Shown one piece after another: positions 30,885 through 39,682 of a DNA stretch of 49,349 nt. The stretch's first letter is position 1. Every line of letters begins with the position of its first letter. A program made the position numbers and the translations under genes. Source of the stretch: a candidate division WOR-3 bacterium 4484_18 (GTDB lineage Bacteria > Hydrothermota > UBA3073 > NMUJ01); assembly GCA_002256535.1 (NCBI GenBank), contig NMUJ01000003.1:1-49349 (forward strand). The letters are read 5' to 3'. A model generated the notes under the pieces. The model saw only the letters and a list, made by a program, of their open reading frames with translations, did no database searches and was not told the origin of the DNA.

Positions 30885-32164
30885 CCTAATCTACGTTTAA
30901 CCAGTATCCCATATATAATTGAGCTTGATATACTCGAAATTGATACACCAAGTGGTAACGCAACAAGCCCCAACCTACCCACGAACGTAAGTGCTACACC
31001 AAGATGTATGGTCACCCCTATTAGGGTAACTTTAAGTGGTGTCGTAGGTTCCTTCAATGCATAAAATATAGATGAAAATGTGCGATTGAGGGTCACCCCC
31101 AGTATAGCGAACGAGTAAAAGCGTATCACACGTGAGGTATGGTAGGTATCAACTGCAGTAAAAGCACCATGTTGGTAAACGATACGGCATAATGGATGTG
31201 CGAATATCAACAACAAGGTAATAGCAGCCACACTACAGAGTATACCGAACTTCAGGGCTTTATGTAGATCCTGCGTTATCGAACCAATATCCGCAAACTG
31301 GCGTGTAAAGGTGGGTATACCGACGTTTGCTATTGTCACACCTATCATACCAATAGGTAAATATATAAATCTGAACGCATACTCAAGATACGAGATAGAA
31401 CCTACCGCCAAGAAGGATGCGATAATTGTGTTGATAATGCTGCTCAACCGTAAAACCAGAAACGATATAACCACAGGCAACATAAGGTGTAACATACGAC
31501 GTACGGTGGGATCGCTGAAAATGGGATAGGGTCGAAACCTGTAACCATGCGATTTCAAAAAATGGTATTGAAGGGTAGCCTGGCCGATACCACCGATAAG
31601 CACCCCTATGGCGATACTATACACACCGATGTACTTGGCGAATATGACAGACGTTGCGATTATGCCAATATTAAATAACACAGGTGCGATACCCGTAACA
31701 AAGAAACGCGAGAAATAGTTCAATATCCCCATAAAAAATGTAGCCACCACCATTATCGGTAGGAAAGGTGACATTGTCCGTGTGAGACGGATGGCAAGGT
31801 TGAATCTAAACGTATCGTGATAGAAGCCTGGGCTTATTATACGTACGAGATGAGGTGCAAACAACACTGTAAATATGGATATCATCAGCGCTATTGTGAG
31901 TACAATACATATGGCGGTATTGGCAAACCGATATCCAGCTTGATGGTCGGATTTTACCTTATCCGTAAATAATGGTACGAACGATGGTATGATACTACCT
32001 TCGGCTAACATCTCACGTGCAAGGTTAGCTATACGGAAGGATACCCAAAATGCGTCGAGGCTGGCAGATGCACCAAAAAAGTGTGCAATGACAATTTCAC
32101 GGATGAATCCAAACACTCGTGATATACCCGTACCCAGGCTGAAACCAAATAGCTTGCGATACAT
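30881..32164 (-). CDS. murJ: lipid II flippase MurJ (short form)
   Basis: N-terminus ISRVFGFIREIVIAHFFGASASLDAFWVSFRIANLAREMLAEGSIIPSFVPLF is MurJ-like. It is 427 aa and ends where TM13 would begin in E. coli MurJ. Confidence 0.85.
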   Translation of the reverse strand: MYRKLFGFSLGTGISRVFGFIREIVIAHFFGASASLDAFWVSFRIANLAREMLAEGSIIPSFVPLFTDKVKSDHQAGYRFANTAICIVLTIALMISIFTVLFAPHLVRIISPGFYHDTFRFNLAIRLTRTMSPFLPIMVVATFFMGILNYFSRFFVTGIAPVLFNIGIIATSVIFAKYIGVYSIAIGVLIGGIGQATLQYHFLKSHGYRFRPYPIFSDPTVRRMLHLMLPVVISFLVLRLSSIINTIIASFLAVGSISYLEYAFRFIYLPIGMIGVTIANVGIPTFTRQFADIGSITQDLHKALKFGILCSVAAITLLLIFAHPLCRIVYQHGAFTAVDTYHTSRVIRFYSFAILGVTLNRTFSSIFYALKEPTTPLKVTLIGVTIHLGVALTFVGRLGLVALPLGVSISSISSSIIYGILVKRRLG

Positions 32165-32373
32165 TAGGTTAATGGATCATAGCCACCAGGGTGAAAAGGA
32201 TGACATTTGGATATACGGATGATACCCTTGATTATACCCCTAAGTAAACCGTATTTCTTGATCGCCTGGTACGTGTATTCGGAACAGGTTGGATAGAATC
32301 GACAACGTCGTGGCAATATAGGGGAGATGAAATTCTGGTAAAATCTAATCAACAACAGTGCTATCTCCTTCAT
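32164..32373 (-). CDS. yidD: membrane protein insertion efficiency factor YidD
   Basis: 69 aa, [19 protein letters not shown]...[11 protein letters not shown]. Confidence 0.92.
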   Translation of the reverse strand: MKEIALLLIRFYQNFISPILPRRCRFYPTCSEYTYQAIKKYGLLRGIIKGIIRISKCHPFHPGGYDPLT

Positions 32374-32734
32374 CAGCTATTTTATCAAGTAAATCAACAA
32401 GTTCATGGTATAGTGTGCGAAAATCTTCATGTAATACACCTTCGGTCCCTACAATCATCAGGTGTACATTCCTGAGCCGCCATTTCTCACGACGATAGAT
32501 TTCGCGTAACCTACGCTTGATACGGTTGCGGTCAACCTTGCGTTTCACCTTCTTTGAAACCGCGAACCCTGCCTTACGGTCGGGTTTACCTGTTAAATAA
32601 TGTATAACCATATGGTTACCAGTGATGACTTTACCTTTTGTAAAAACTTCCAGTATCTGCTTGCGTTTCTTTAAACGTTCCTCCTTGGGTAGACGTTCAT
32701 CACGTCTACACGGTAAGCCGTTTCCTGCCAACAC
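32345..32734 (-). CDS. rnpA: ribonuclease P protein component
   Basis: [17 protein letters not shown]...[23 protein letters not shown]. Probable GTG or TTG start near 32734, overlapping the rpmH 3' end. The ORF-track start at 32794 lies inside rpmH. Confidence 0.85.
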   Translation of the reverse strand: MLAGNGLPCRRDERLPKEERLKKRKQILEVFTKGKVITGNHMVIHYLTGKPDRKAGFAVSKKVKRKVDRNRIKRRLREIYRREKWRLRNVHLMIVGTEGVLHEDFRTLYHELVDLLDKIADEGDSTVVD

Positions 32735-32843
32735 GTCTACGACGCTTGATGATAGCTCTACCGCTTCTTGTGCGCATACGTGCACGAAACCCATGCGTAC
32801 GCTTGCGTTTGATACGACTGGGTTGATAGGTTCTTTTGGGCAT
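32706..32843 (-). CDS. rpmH: 50S ribosomal protein L34
   Basis: Not in the ORF track (45 aa): [50 protein letters not shown] lies 5 nt upstream; TAG stop at 32706..32708. Confidence 0.93.
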   Translation of the reverse strand: MPKRTYQPSRIKRKRTHGFRARMRTRSGRAIIKRRRRVGRKRLTV

Positions 32844-32858
32844 CTTAACCTCCGTCTG

Positions 32859-32878
32859 TTAAATATAGTTAAATATAG
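32859..32878. repeat. perfect tandem 10-bp duplication TTAAATATAG x2
   Basis: ttaaatatag occurs at 32859..32868 and 32869..32878, followed by the degenerate ataaataaac. Confidence 0.8.
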
Positions 32879-32898
32879 ATAAATAAACAGAAAATCAA
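32870..32898 (-). promoter_or_regulatory. candidate promoter of the rpmH-rnpA-yidD-murJ operon
   Basis: On the minus strand: TTGATT (32898..32893), 17-nt spacer, TATTTA (32875..32870). The -10-like hexamer is duplicated by the tandem 10-mer. Confidence 0.35.
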
Positions 32899-32941
32899 TA
32901 CATAAGCTGGCGAATATGAGTCTATGTGTTATTTTATCGTA

Positions 32942-33343
32942 ATGAAAGGATGCTATGTATTGCTGGTGGAATTACCAAGAGATATCAGGATAACAGTGGG
33001 TAAGCTGGGCAAATTAACATTTACACGTGGTTACTACGCATATGTGGGATCAGCTATGAACAATATCGAGGTACGTGTGAAACGCCACATATCCAGCCAT
33101 AAACGTAAACGCTGGCATATAGATTACCTGCTCGAACATGGACGGATTGTGGCAATCTACTATCGTGAAAGCAAATACCGGTGTGAATGTGAGCTTGCAG
33201 ATGGGTTGAGATCAAAATTCGAACCCATCCACAAGTTTGGTGCTACAGATTGTAGATGTGGGGGGCATCTTTTCTATAACAGGAACCTATATGAATTGGT
33301 GCAGTTGATAGAGGAAATGGGATTAAAACAATATACGGGGTAG
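32942..33343 (+). CDS. DUF123 / GIY-YIG-like nuclease-superfamily protein
   Basis: KGCYVLLVEL...VGKLG...GYYAYVGSA...RHISSHKRKRWHIDYL...ECELA...FGATDCRCGGHLFY matches the DUF123 pattern as I recall it. The start is uncertain (32924 or 32942). Confidence 0.6.
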   Translation: MKGCYVLLVELPRDIRITVGKLGKLTFTRGYYAYVGSAMNNIEVRVKRHISSHKRKRWHIDYLLEHGRIVAIYYRESKYRCECELADGLRSKFEPIHKFGATDCRCGGHLFYNRNLYELVQLIEEMGLKQYTG

Positions 33344-33364
33344 AAAGAATCACATCCACATGAG

Positions 33365-33397
33365 TTGACATTTTAACCTTTACGATTAATTTATAAT
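33365..33397 (+). promoter_or_regulatory. candidate ssrA promoter
   Basis: TTGACA (33365..33370), then 17 nt to AATTTA, or 21 nt to a perfect TATAAT (33392..33397) that ends 6 nt before the mature tmRNA 5' G. Confidence 0.3.
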
Positions 33398-33403
33398 CGC
33401 TCT

Positions 33404-33740
33404 GGGGGTGATAGGTCTCGACAGGGGTGATCAGAGTAAAGGGAGCATGCCGAGTCGCTCGACTCGTAAAATCGGGCACTTTAAAATAACTGCCGCTGAA
33501 TATGCGGTTGCCTGATAGTAAATAGGCTTAACCTGGGGACTTGCCCCCAAGGTTCTCAGGGGATGGGTTAGGGGGTGGTCGTCCATACCTTTGATCCCGA
33601 GGTGGACGACGACACCGAAGGGATCTACCCCCTATGGTTCGGGGCCCAGCGGACCATAAGGGTAAAACAAGCTGGGTCTAAGCATGTAGAGCCCTTTGCT
33701 CTGACACTTCTGGACGCGGGTTCGAGTCCCGCCACCTCCA
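33404..33740 (+). ncRNA. ssrA: transfer-messenger RNA (tmRNA, SsrA)
   Basis: The 5' GGGGGUG pairs with the 3' CACCUCC, including a G3:U pair, followed by discriminator A. Conserved GCAUGCCGAG, CUAAGCAUGUAG and GGACGCGGGUUCGAGUCCCGCC (T-arm). Tag ORF GCC GCU GAA UAU GCG GUU GCC then UGA UAG UAA at 33492..33521. CCA is not encoded. Confidence 0.93.
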
Positions 33741-33856
33741 TTACCTCTCCAAAACTGGGTGATACCTATACTCCAAATTCCACTCGATATTCGTACATCA
33801 TAATTGGTTGGTTGATTGACTTTTATCCACAACATGTTAAGTTTAATCAGGAGGTG

Positions 33857-34309
33857 ATGATGGAGATCCATGAAATCATGGAGATATTGCCACATCGTTA
33901 CCCATTCCTTTTAGTTGACAGGATCGTCGAGCTCAACGGTAATCGTATTGTGGGTATCAAAAATGTCACTATAAACGAACCATTCTTTATCGGCCATTTC
34001 CCACACAACCCAATAATGCCAGGTGTGCTCATCGTTGAGTCTATGGCACAGACGGGTGGCATACTGCTATTAAAGAAGGTGGATAACCCCAAAGGTAAGT
34101 TGGTTTACTTCCTCGCCATCAAAGAGGCCAAATTCCGTGCCCCTGTACGACCTGGTGACACATTACGTAACGAGATGGTACTGAAGAGGTTTACCCGTGG
34201 TGTATGTGTGATGGAAGGTAAGGCTTATGTAGGTGATACGCTCGTTGCAGAGGGTGAGTTTATGGCCAAAGTAGTTGAGGTAAACGATGGGCAAGAAAAA
34301 GAAAATTAA
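33857..34309 (+). CDS. fabZ: 3-hydroxyacyl-ACP dehydratase FabZ
   Basis: ILPHRYPFLLVDRIVEL...INEPFFIGHFPHNPIMPGVLIVESMAQ. ATG at 33857 follows AGGAGG. The ORF-track N-terminus (33575..) overlaps the tmRNA and is spurious. Confidence 0.92.
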   Translation: MMEIHEIMEILPHRYPFLLVDRIVELNGNRIVGIKNVTINEPFFIGHFPHNPIMPGVLIVESMAQTGGILLLKKVDNPKGKLVYFLAIKEAKFRAPVRPGDTLRNEMVLKRFTRGVCVMEGKAYVGDTLVAEGEFMAKVVEVNDGQEKEN

Positions 34310-36728
34310 ATCCAAACCCACACAACGTCCTACACATAAGTTTATCCCACGCGAGAAGTGGTTCCCATTAATATTTCTGGGGTTAGCATTCGCCTTCTAT
34401 TCACCACATTTGGGATTATTTGTGGGTAGATCGACACTATTTGGTACGGACTTCCTTATCGCGTATGGTGGTACTGTTCGGGTACATGAATATATGCTTA
34501 GACACTTACGCCAACCACTCTGGAACCCGTACATAATGGGTGGTTATTCCACATTCACCGGCGGTATGGGTTACACTGACCCTCTACGTTATATATTCTT
34601 GCCATTACCTGTTTATGTGCGACACTTCTACTTTTTCTTTATATGTCTGTTTCTGGCGGGTTGGGGTATGTTCTATCTGCTAAGATATAGGTTAAAGTTT
34701 CAGCTGTGGATCGCAGTAGTTGCTGGTATCGCATATGAGTTCACTGCTTTCGGTATAAGTCAAATGTACGGCGGACATTGGCCTAAACTTGCCAGCATGG
34801 CATGGCTCACCTGGTGCTTTTCTGCGCTATTGTATGCGTTTGAGACACAAAGAGTGCGCCATTTTCTCTTGTTAGCAGGTGCATGGGTGATGATGATGTG
34901 TGGCCACTTTCAGTTTGGCTACTACGCAAGCTATCTTATCGGTTTCTTCGTTATATATGAGCTCATACGTCGTATACGACAGGGTAAACCAAGGGAGAGT
35001 GTTTCACTTGGCCTTAAGGTTGTACTTACCCTTGTGGTTGTGTTATGTGTATTAGCACTCAGGTTTGGCCCCAGTTTGATACGACTGGAGGCCGGTGTAC
35101 GAGGTGTAAAGCGTGGTTATGAATACGCCACTTCATGGGCGATGCCAACCTCTGAGTTAACCGACTTTTACAATCCACACTTCATGGGTATACTTGACAA
35201 CTATTGGGGGACCAACCATTTCAGACTGCATTCAAGGTACTTCGGTGTTATAGTGCTTGTGATATCACTTTTCGGTATATTTATGGGATGGCGACGTCAC
35301 AGTTACGTGCGATTCTTTACCAGTGGTTTAATAGCGGCTACTTTGTTGGCACTTGGTGGTCATACTCCGTTCTATAGAATACCCTACCGTATTTTGCCTA
35401 TGGTGAACAAGCTACGTGGACCCGATATGTGGTGGATAATAGGTGCATTTTCTGTGGTTATACTATTTGCATACGGGTTAAGGTTGATGTTAGAACACAA
35501 ACACATATCACAACGCTATTTGGTGGCTTGCACAATAGGGGCAGCAGTTACGTTACTTACTTTTAGTGTGGCGAAATCCCCCATTATTAATGGGTTGCGT
35601 TCACATTTCAGCCATGTATTGGCGACGACAGGTTACTCCAGTGATCAGATCAACGCTAAGTTATCAGCTATGGAAAAGAACTATCCGCTGCTGATTTGGG
35701 GATACTTCAAATCTTTCCTATCAATCGCACTGGTAACACTAATCTGCTACCTGCGGTTGAACAAACGGTTAACCGATGTTGGGTTTGCATCATTAACTGC
35801 TGTGTTTATATTGTTTGATCTATGGGAGGTAGATTACAGGTTTGTGAAAGTGGTACCGCCACCACATTACTACTACAGACCGGATGAGGTGGTGAGGGTA
35901 CTCAAACGTGACACTGACTACTATTGGGTATTCCCTTACTATTATGAACATGCGGAGGATCACTATTTACCCTACCATAATGTACAAACATTAGGTGGTA
36001 CAACCTCTAATCCACTTATCCGATATCAAAAATTCATAGGTGCATATGGTACGGTAATGTTTCGACCCAACGATTTGAGGCGGTTACCTCACTTGTTGGA
36101 CGTGTTTAACACCAAATACATCATCACATTCACGATACCAGAGGATATATCGCAGTTCGATCCGCAGACCCAAGCTTTCATAAAGAGGGCACAATCCTAC
36201 ATGTCGAGATTCGATCTCATCTATAAAGGACGCAGATACAGTGTTTATCGTAATCCACATGCATTACCACGTGCATTCTTCGCACCTCGATACGTGGTAG
36301 TTGATAGTGCGGATGAGGCACTTACTTTAATAAAGAGGTACGATTTCCCGTACCATAACACGGTGATATTGGAGGAAGATCCATCTGTACCACAGGGTGA
36401 CACGCTTGTCAATGGGTACGCTAAGATTCTGAAATATGACATGGATCATATTGCACTCGAAGTAGTAAATGATAAACCCACATTCCTTGTACTTGCGGAG
36501 AATTGGTATCCTGATTGGTATGCTACAGTGGATGGTAAGCCCACCAAGGTGTACGTAGCTGATGGTACATTGCGTGCGATATATTTGATAGCTGGTAAGC
36601 ATAATGTCGAATTTACGTGTAGATCGAAACTTTTCTATGTAACAGGGATCATCACGCTTATCGGGTGGATCGTCGTGCTTGCGGCGGCTTTAACAGAACT
36701 TGTGTGGAGAAGGCACACGCATGATTAG
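34287..36728 (+). CDS. large polytopic membrane protein, YfhO-like glycosyltransferase family
   Basis: 813 aa with many TM segments in the N-terminal two thirds, a soluble C-terminal region and a terminal TM. The architecture fits YfhO-type proteins; this is a family-level call only. Confidence 0.55.
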   Translation: MGKKKKIKSKPTQRPTHKFIPREKWFPLIFLGLAFAFYSPHLGLFVGRSTLFGTDFLIAYGGTVRVHEYMLRHLRQPLWNPYIMGGYSTFTGGMGYTDPLRYIFLPLPVYVRHFYFFFICLFLAGWGMFYLLRYRLKFQLWIAVVAGIAYEFTAFGISQMYGGHWPKLASMAWLTWCFSALLYAFETQRVRHFLLLAGAWVMMMCGHFQFGYYASYLIGFFVIYELIRRIRQGKPRESVSLGLKVVLTLVVVLCVLALRFGPSLIRLEAGVRGVKRGYEYATSWAMPTSELTDFYNPHFMGILDNYWGTNHFRLHSRYFGVIVLVISLFGIFMGWRRHSYVRFFTSGLIAATLLALGGHTPFYRIPYRILPMVNKLRGPDMWWIIGAFSVVILFAYGLRLMLEHKHISQRYLVACTIGAAVTLLTFSVAKSPIINGLRSHFSHVLATTGYSSDQINAKLSAMEKNYPLLIWGYFKSFLSIALVTLICYLRLNKRLTDVGFASLTAVFILFDLWEVDYRFVKVVPPPHYYYRPDEVVRVLKRDTDYYWVFPYYYEHAEDHYLPYHNVQTLGGTTSNPLIRYQKFIGAYGTVMFRPNDLRRLPHLLDVFNTKYIITFTIPEDISQFDPQTQAFIKRAQSYMSRFDLIYKGRRYSVYRNPHALPRAFFAPRYVVVDSADEALTLIKRYDFPYHNTVILEEDPSVPQGDTLVNGYAKILKYDMDHIALEVVNDKPTFLVLAENWYPDWYATVDGKPTKVYVADGTLRAIYLIAGKHNVEFTCRSKLFYVTGIITLIGWIVVLAAALTELVWRRHTHD

Positions 36729-37806
36729 CCGTACGTGGGTAGAGATAGATTTGGCTACATTACGTCATAATTTAACCGTAATAAGGGGACGTTTGAAGGA
36801 TAAGAAATTACTGGCAGTGGTAAAAGCTGACGCATATGGGCATGGCTTAGATGGGCTTGCGCCGATACTCGACCAGTACATCGATTTTTGGGGAGTAGCT
36901 TCGTTGGATGAAGCTTTCAAAATCAGAAATAACAAACCCATAGTGATACTATCGCCGATATTACAACCTGAGGTAACACCAGTTGTTGAAAATAGTTTCA
37001 TACCCACCGTAAGCAGTATGGAGATTGTGCATGCGTTATCTAAGGAAGCTCAAAAGTTGCGCAAGGTGGTGAATATATTCGTTGAGGTGGACACAGGTAT
37101 GAGGCGCACTGGTGTGCCAGTCGAAAACGCCATTGAGTTTATCAACCATGTGGAGGACATTCCTAACGTTAAGATAATGTCGATATTCACACATCTGGCG
37201 ACTGCAAGTCTATCCAAAGGTGGGCCGAAAGTACTGGAGCAGGTACGCCACTTCCGTAATTTGTTAAAGAGGTTACGTAATTCCTACATGGTGCATATTG
37301 CTAATAGCGCGGGTTGGTTGAGGTTCCCTCAGACCTATGAGGAGTTCGACCTCGTACGTATAGGAATATTGATATATGGGTTATCGCCGTTCGATCATAA
37401 GCCCACTATACCGGTTAAACCCATACTTGAGTGGAAAACGCGTATCGTCGATATAAGATGGGTAGATAAAGGTATGGGTGTGAGCTACGACCATATATTT
37501 GTTGCACCGTGTAGGATGAAACTCGCTACATTGAGTGTAGGGTATGGTGACGGCTATCCAAGGAGCTTATCAAATCGTGGCCATGTGATGATACATGGTA
37601 AGAAAGCCCCCATAGTGGGTAAGGTATGTATGGATCTAACAATTGTTGACGTCACCAATATACCAGATGTGAAAATAGGGGATGAAGTTACCCTGGTAGG
37701 TCCTGGCATCACAATGGAAGAGGTTGCAAAGCTTGCCGATACAGTAAACTATGAGGTTGCTACACGGATAAGCCCAAGGGTACCTCGCATATATCTGGAG
37801 AAATAA
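36721..37806 (+). CDS. alr: alanine racemase
   Basis: WVEIDLATLRHN and VVKADAYGHG (PLP lysine). ATG at 36721 overlaps the upstream stop. Confidence 0.9.
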   Translation: MISRTWVEIDLATLRHNLTVIRGRLKDKKLLAVVKADAYGHGLDGLAPILDQYIDFWGVASLDEAFKIRNNKPIVILSPILQPEVTPVVENSFIPTVSSMEIVHALSKEAQKLRKVVNIFVEVDTGMRRTGVPVENAIEFINHVEDIPNVKIMSIFTHLATASLSKGGPKVLEQVRHFRNLLKRLRNSYMVHIANSAGWLRFPQTYEEFDLVRIGILIYGLSPFDHKPTIPVKPILEWKTRIVDIRWVDKGMGVSYDHIFVAPCRMKLATLSVGYGDGYPRSLSNRGHVMIHGKKAPIVGKVCMDLTIVDVTNIPDVKIGDEVTLVGPGITMEEVAKLADTVNYEVATRISPRVPRIYLEK

Positions 37807-37807
37807 G

Positions 37808-38417
37808 ATGATGAAGAAAGTCACCATTCCATACCTTTGGGAGTTGAAGCGCAAAGGTGAGAAGGTTGTTTTACTCACCGCATACGACTATATGATGGCG
37901 GCAATCGAGGACATGTTAGGGGTTGAGGTCATACTTGTAGGTGATTCATATGGTACAACATTGATGGGATATTCTGATACGTTGCCGGTTACTATGGAGG
38001 AGATGCTGGTTGCCACCCGTGCCGTAGCACGTGCAGTCAAAAATGCGATGCTGATAGTTGATATGCCATTTATGAGCTATCAAGTATCGCCAGAGTATGC
38101 CATACGTAACGCGGGTAGGTTTATGAAGATAGAGGGGGTAGATGGTGTGAAGCTCGAAGGTGGTGTAGACATGGCACCTACAGTGGAGCGGCTCGTCAAA
38201 TGTGGTATACCGGTGATGGGACATGTAGGGTTGCTACCACAAAGTATAAAGCAGGTTGGTGGTTACAGGCGATATATTAGGGCTTACACTGTTGCCTAAG
38301 GTGCCCAGATTTGTCAAGAAATATGCCGATATTAAGTCAATAATCGAGGCTGCTATCAAGCAATACATCGAGGAGGTGAAATCAGGTCGCTATCCGGATG
38401 ATAAACATTCATATTGA
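37808..38417 (+). pseudogene. panB: 3-methyl-2-oxobutanoate hydroxymethyltransferase with an internal ~65-codon gap and frame change
   Basis: Frame 1 reads ...LTAYDY...GIPVMGHVGLLPQSIKQVGGYR, then runs out of frame to a stop at 38299. Frame 2 from ~38271 reads DILGLTLLPKVPRFVKKYADIKSIIEAAIKQYIEEVKSGRYPDDKHSY, a PanB C-terminus, with its stop at 38415..38417. Confidence 0.85.
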
Positions 38418-39322
38418 TGGCAACTGAGAAAAATAAAGGAGTTGTATCGGTTGATACGTTCATCGAAAGTATACATTTCCCTACAATGGATACGAGTATA
38501 TTTTCGTTATACAATATCGGTTATAGGACGACAGTGGCTACACTTAGTGATATAGCTGCTATGGGAGGTAGGGCCTTATACCTGCTTGTAAGCGTAGGGG
38601 TTAAGGAAGCTGATAGGGCATGGTTTAAAGAATTTTACGATGGGGTACGGCAAGTCCTTAATATGGCGAGTACTGCACAGGGTGTCGAGGTTAAAGTTGT
38701 AGGTGGTGATATAACATATTCGGAAAATCTGATAATATCCATGACGGTGATCGGTGAAGCAGCCACCCCAATCACACGTGGAGGGGCCAAACCCGGTGAT
38801 AAGATAGGTGTCACGGGTGAACTCGGTCGTGTTAAGCTGGCGTGGTACACCCTAAAGCAAGGTGGTGTGTTACCTGATTGGCTTAGAATAAAGTTGTTGC
38901 AACCACAGCTCAGATTAAAGGAAGGGTTAACACTTTGTGACCATGTGCATGCTATGCTCGATATATCGGATGGGTTGCTGCTTGATCTATCCCACATATT
39001 GAGGATGAGCGGTAATTTAGGTGCAGTCATTAATTTAGATAAACTTCCTGTGCTCGACGATGTACGCAAATGGTGTGAAAAGCAAGGGATTAACCCTATT
39101 GAATATGCACTCAGTAGCGGTGAGGAGTTTGAGCTACTTTTTACCTATCCACCAGAAGCGGAAAACCAGGTTGATATAGAATTTACATCAATAGGTGAGA
39201 TAATACATCAACCTGGTATCTACGACGATCAAGGTTGTAAGTTAACCCCAATGGGGTGGGATCATTTCGCACGACGTACTAATCCACCTAATACACCACC
39301 TGCTAACCCCAGTACTGCATAA
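38417..39322 (+). CDS. thiL: thiamine-monophosphate kinase (N-terminally short)
   Basis: VDTFIESIHF, LSDIAAMGG, DISDGL and a C-terminal GWDHF. The ATG overlaps the panB stop (TGATG). It lacks the usual ~25-30 N-terminal residues and carries a 17-aa tail after GWDHF. Confidence 0.85.
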   Translation: MATEKNKGVVSVDTFIESIHFPTMDTSIFSLYNIGYRTTVATLSDIAAMGGRALYLLVSVGVKEADRAWFKEFYDGVRQVLNMASTAQGVEVKVVGGDITYSENLIISMTVIGEAATPITRGGAKPGDKIGVTGELGRVKLAWYTLKQGGVLPDWLRIKLLQPQLRLKEGLTLCDHVHAMLDISDGLLLDLSHILRMSGNLGAVINLDKLPVLDDVRKWCEKQGINPIEYALSSGEEFELLFTYPPEAENQVDIEFTSIGEIIHQPGIYDDQGCKLTPMGWDHFARRTNPPNTPPANPSTA

Positions 39323-39555
39323 TATAGGAAACCTAACAATATGCTACCACCGATGATACTACCGACGAATCCACCTATAAGCCCACCGATGAATCCACCC
39401 AATATTGTAAGGAACAGGAACGCAAGCACGCCACCAACTATACCACTACAGAAGCCTGCCCATAAGCCGGTTATGGGTCCCCTATCAGCTATAATGCCGG
39501 CAATGAAGCCCGCAATTATGGGGCCAGCTACTGGGATGAAGCTTAAAACTATCAT
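39262..39555 (-). CDS. small glycine-rich integral membrane protein (probably 5'-extended, see frameshift finding)
   Basis: 97-aa ORF made of GxxxG-rich hydrophobic segments. There is no SD before its ATG, but a strong GGAGG-N4-ATG sits upstream at 39592 in the neighbouring frame. Confidence 0.6.
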   Translation of the reverse strand: MIVLSFIPVAGPIIAGFIAGIIADRGPITGLWAGFCSGIVGGVLAFLFLTILGGFIGGLIGGFVGSIIGGSILLGFLYYAVLGLAGGVLGGLVRRAK

Positions 39556-39682
39556 CGCTATAAAAACCTACCACTACAGCCCTCAAGAACATGCTACCTC
39601 CTTATAAACTATTTTATAAATTAATACCACAAGGATATCGTATGTCAATTTAGATCATAATATGGGTTGACATCACATGGGC

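Noticed and set aside
33823-33831. Perfect DnaA box TTATCCACA between ssrA and fabZ, plus AT-rich repeats near rpmH, as a possible oriC
   Set aside because: There is only one perfect box, and a single box is about what chance predicts in 49 kb on both strands. The near-matches are scattered, no box cluster exists and dnaA is not in the window.
33575-33856. N-terminal 94 codons of the 244-aa ORF listed at 33575..34309
   Set aside because: This part overlaps the tmRNA gene (33404..33740) and has no protein-like conservation. FabZ starts at the ATG at 33857, preceded by AGGAGG.
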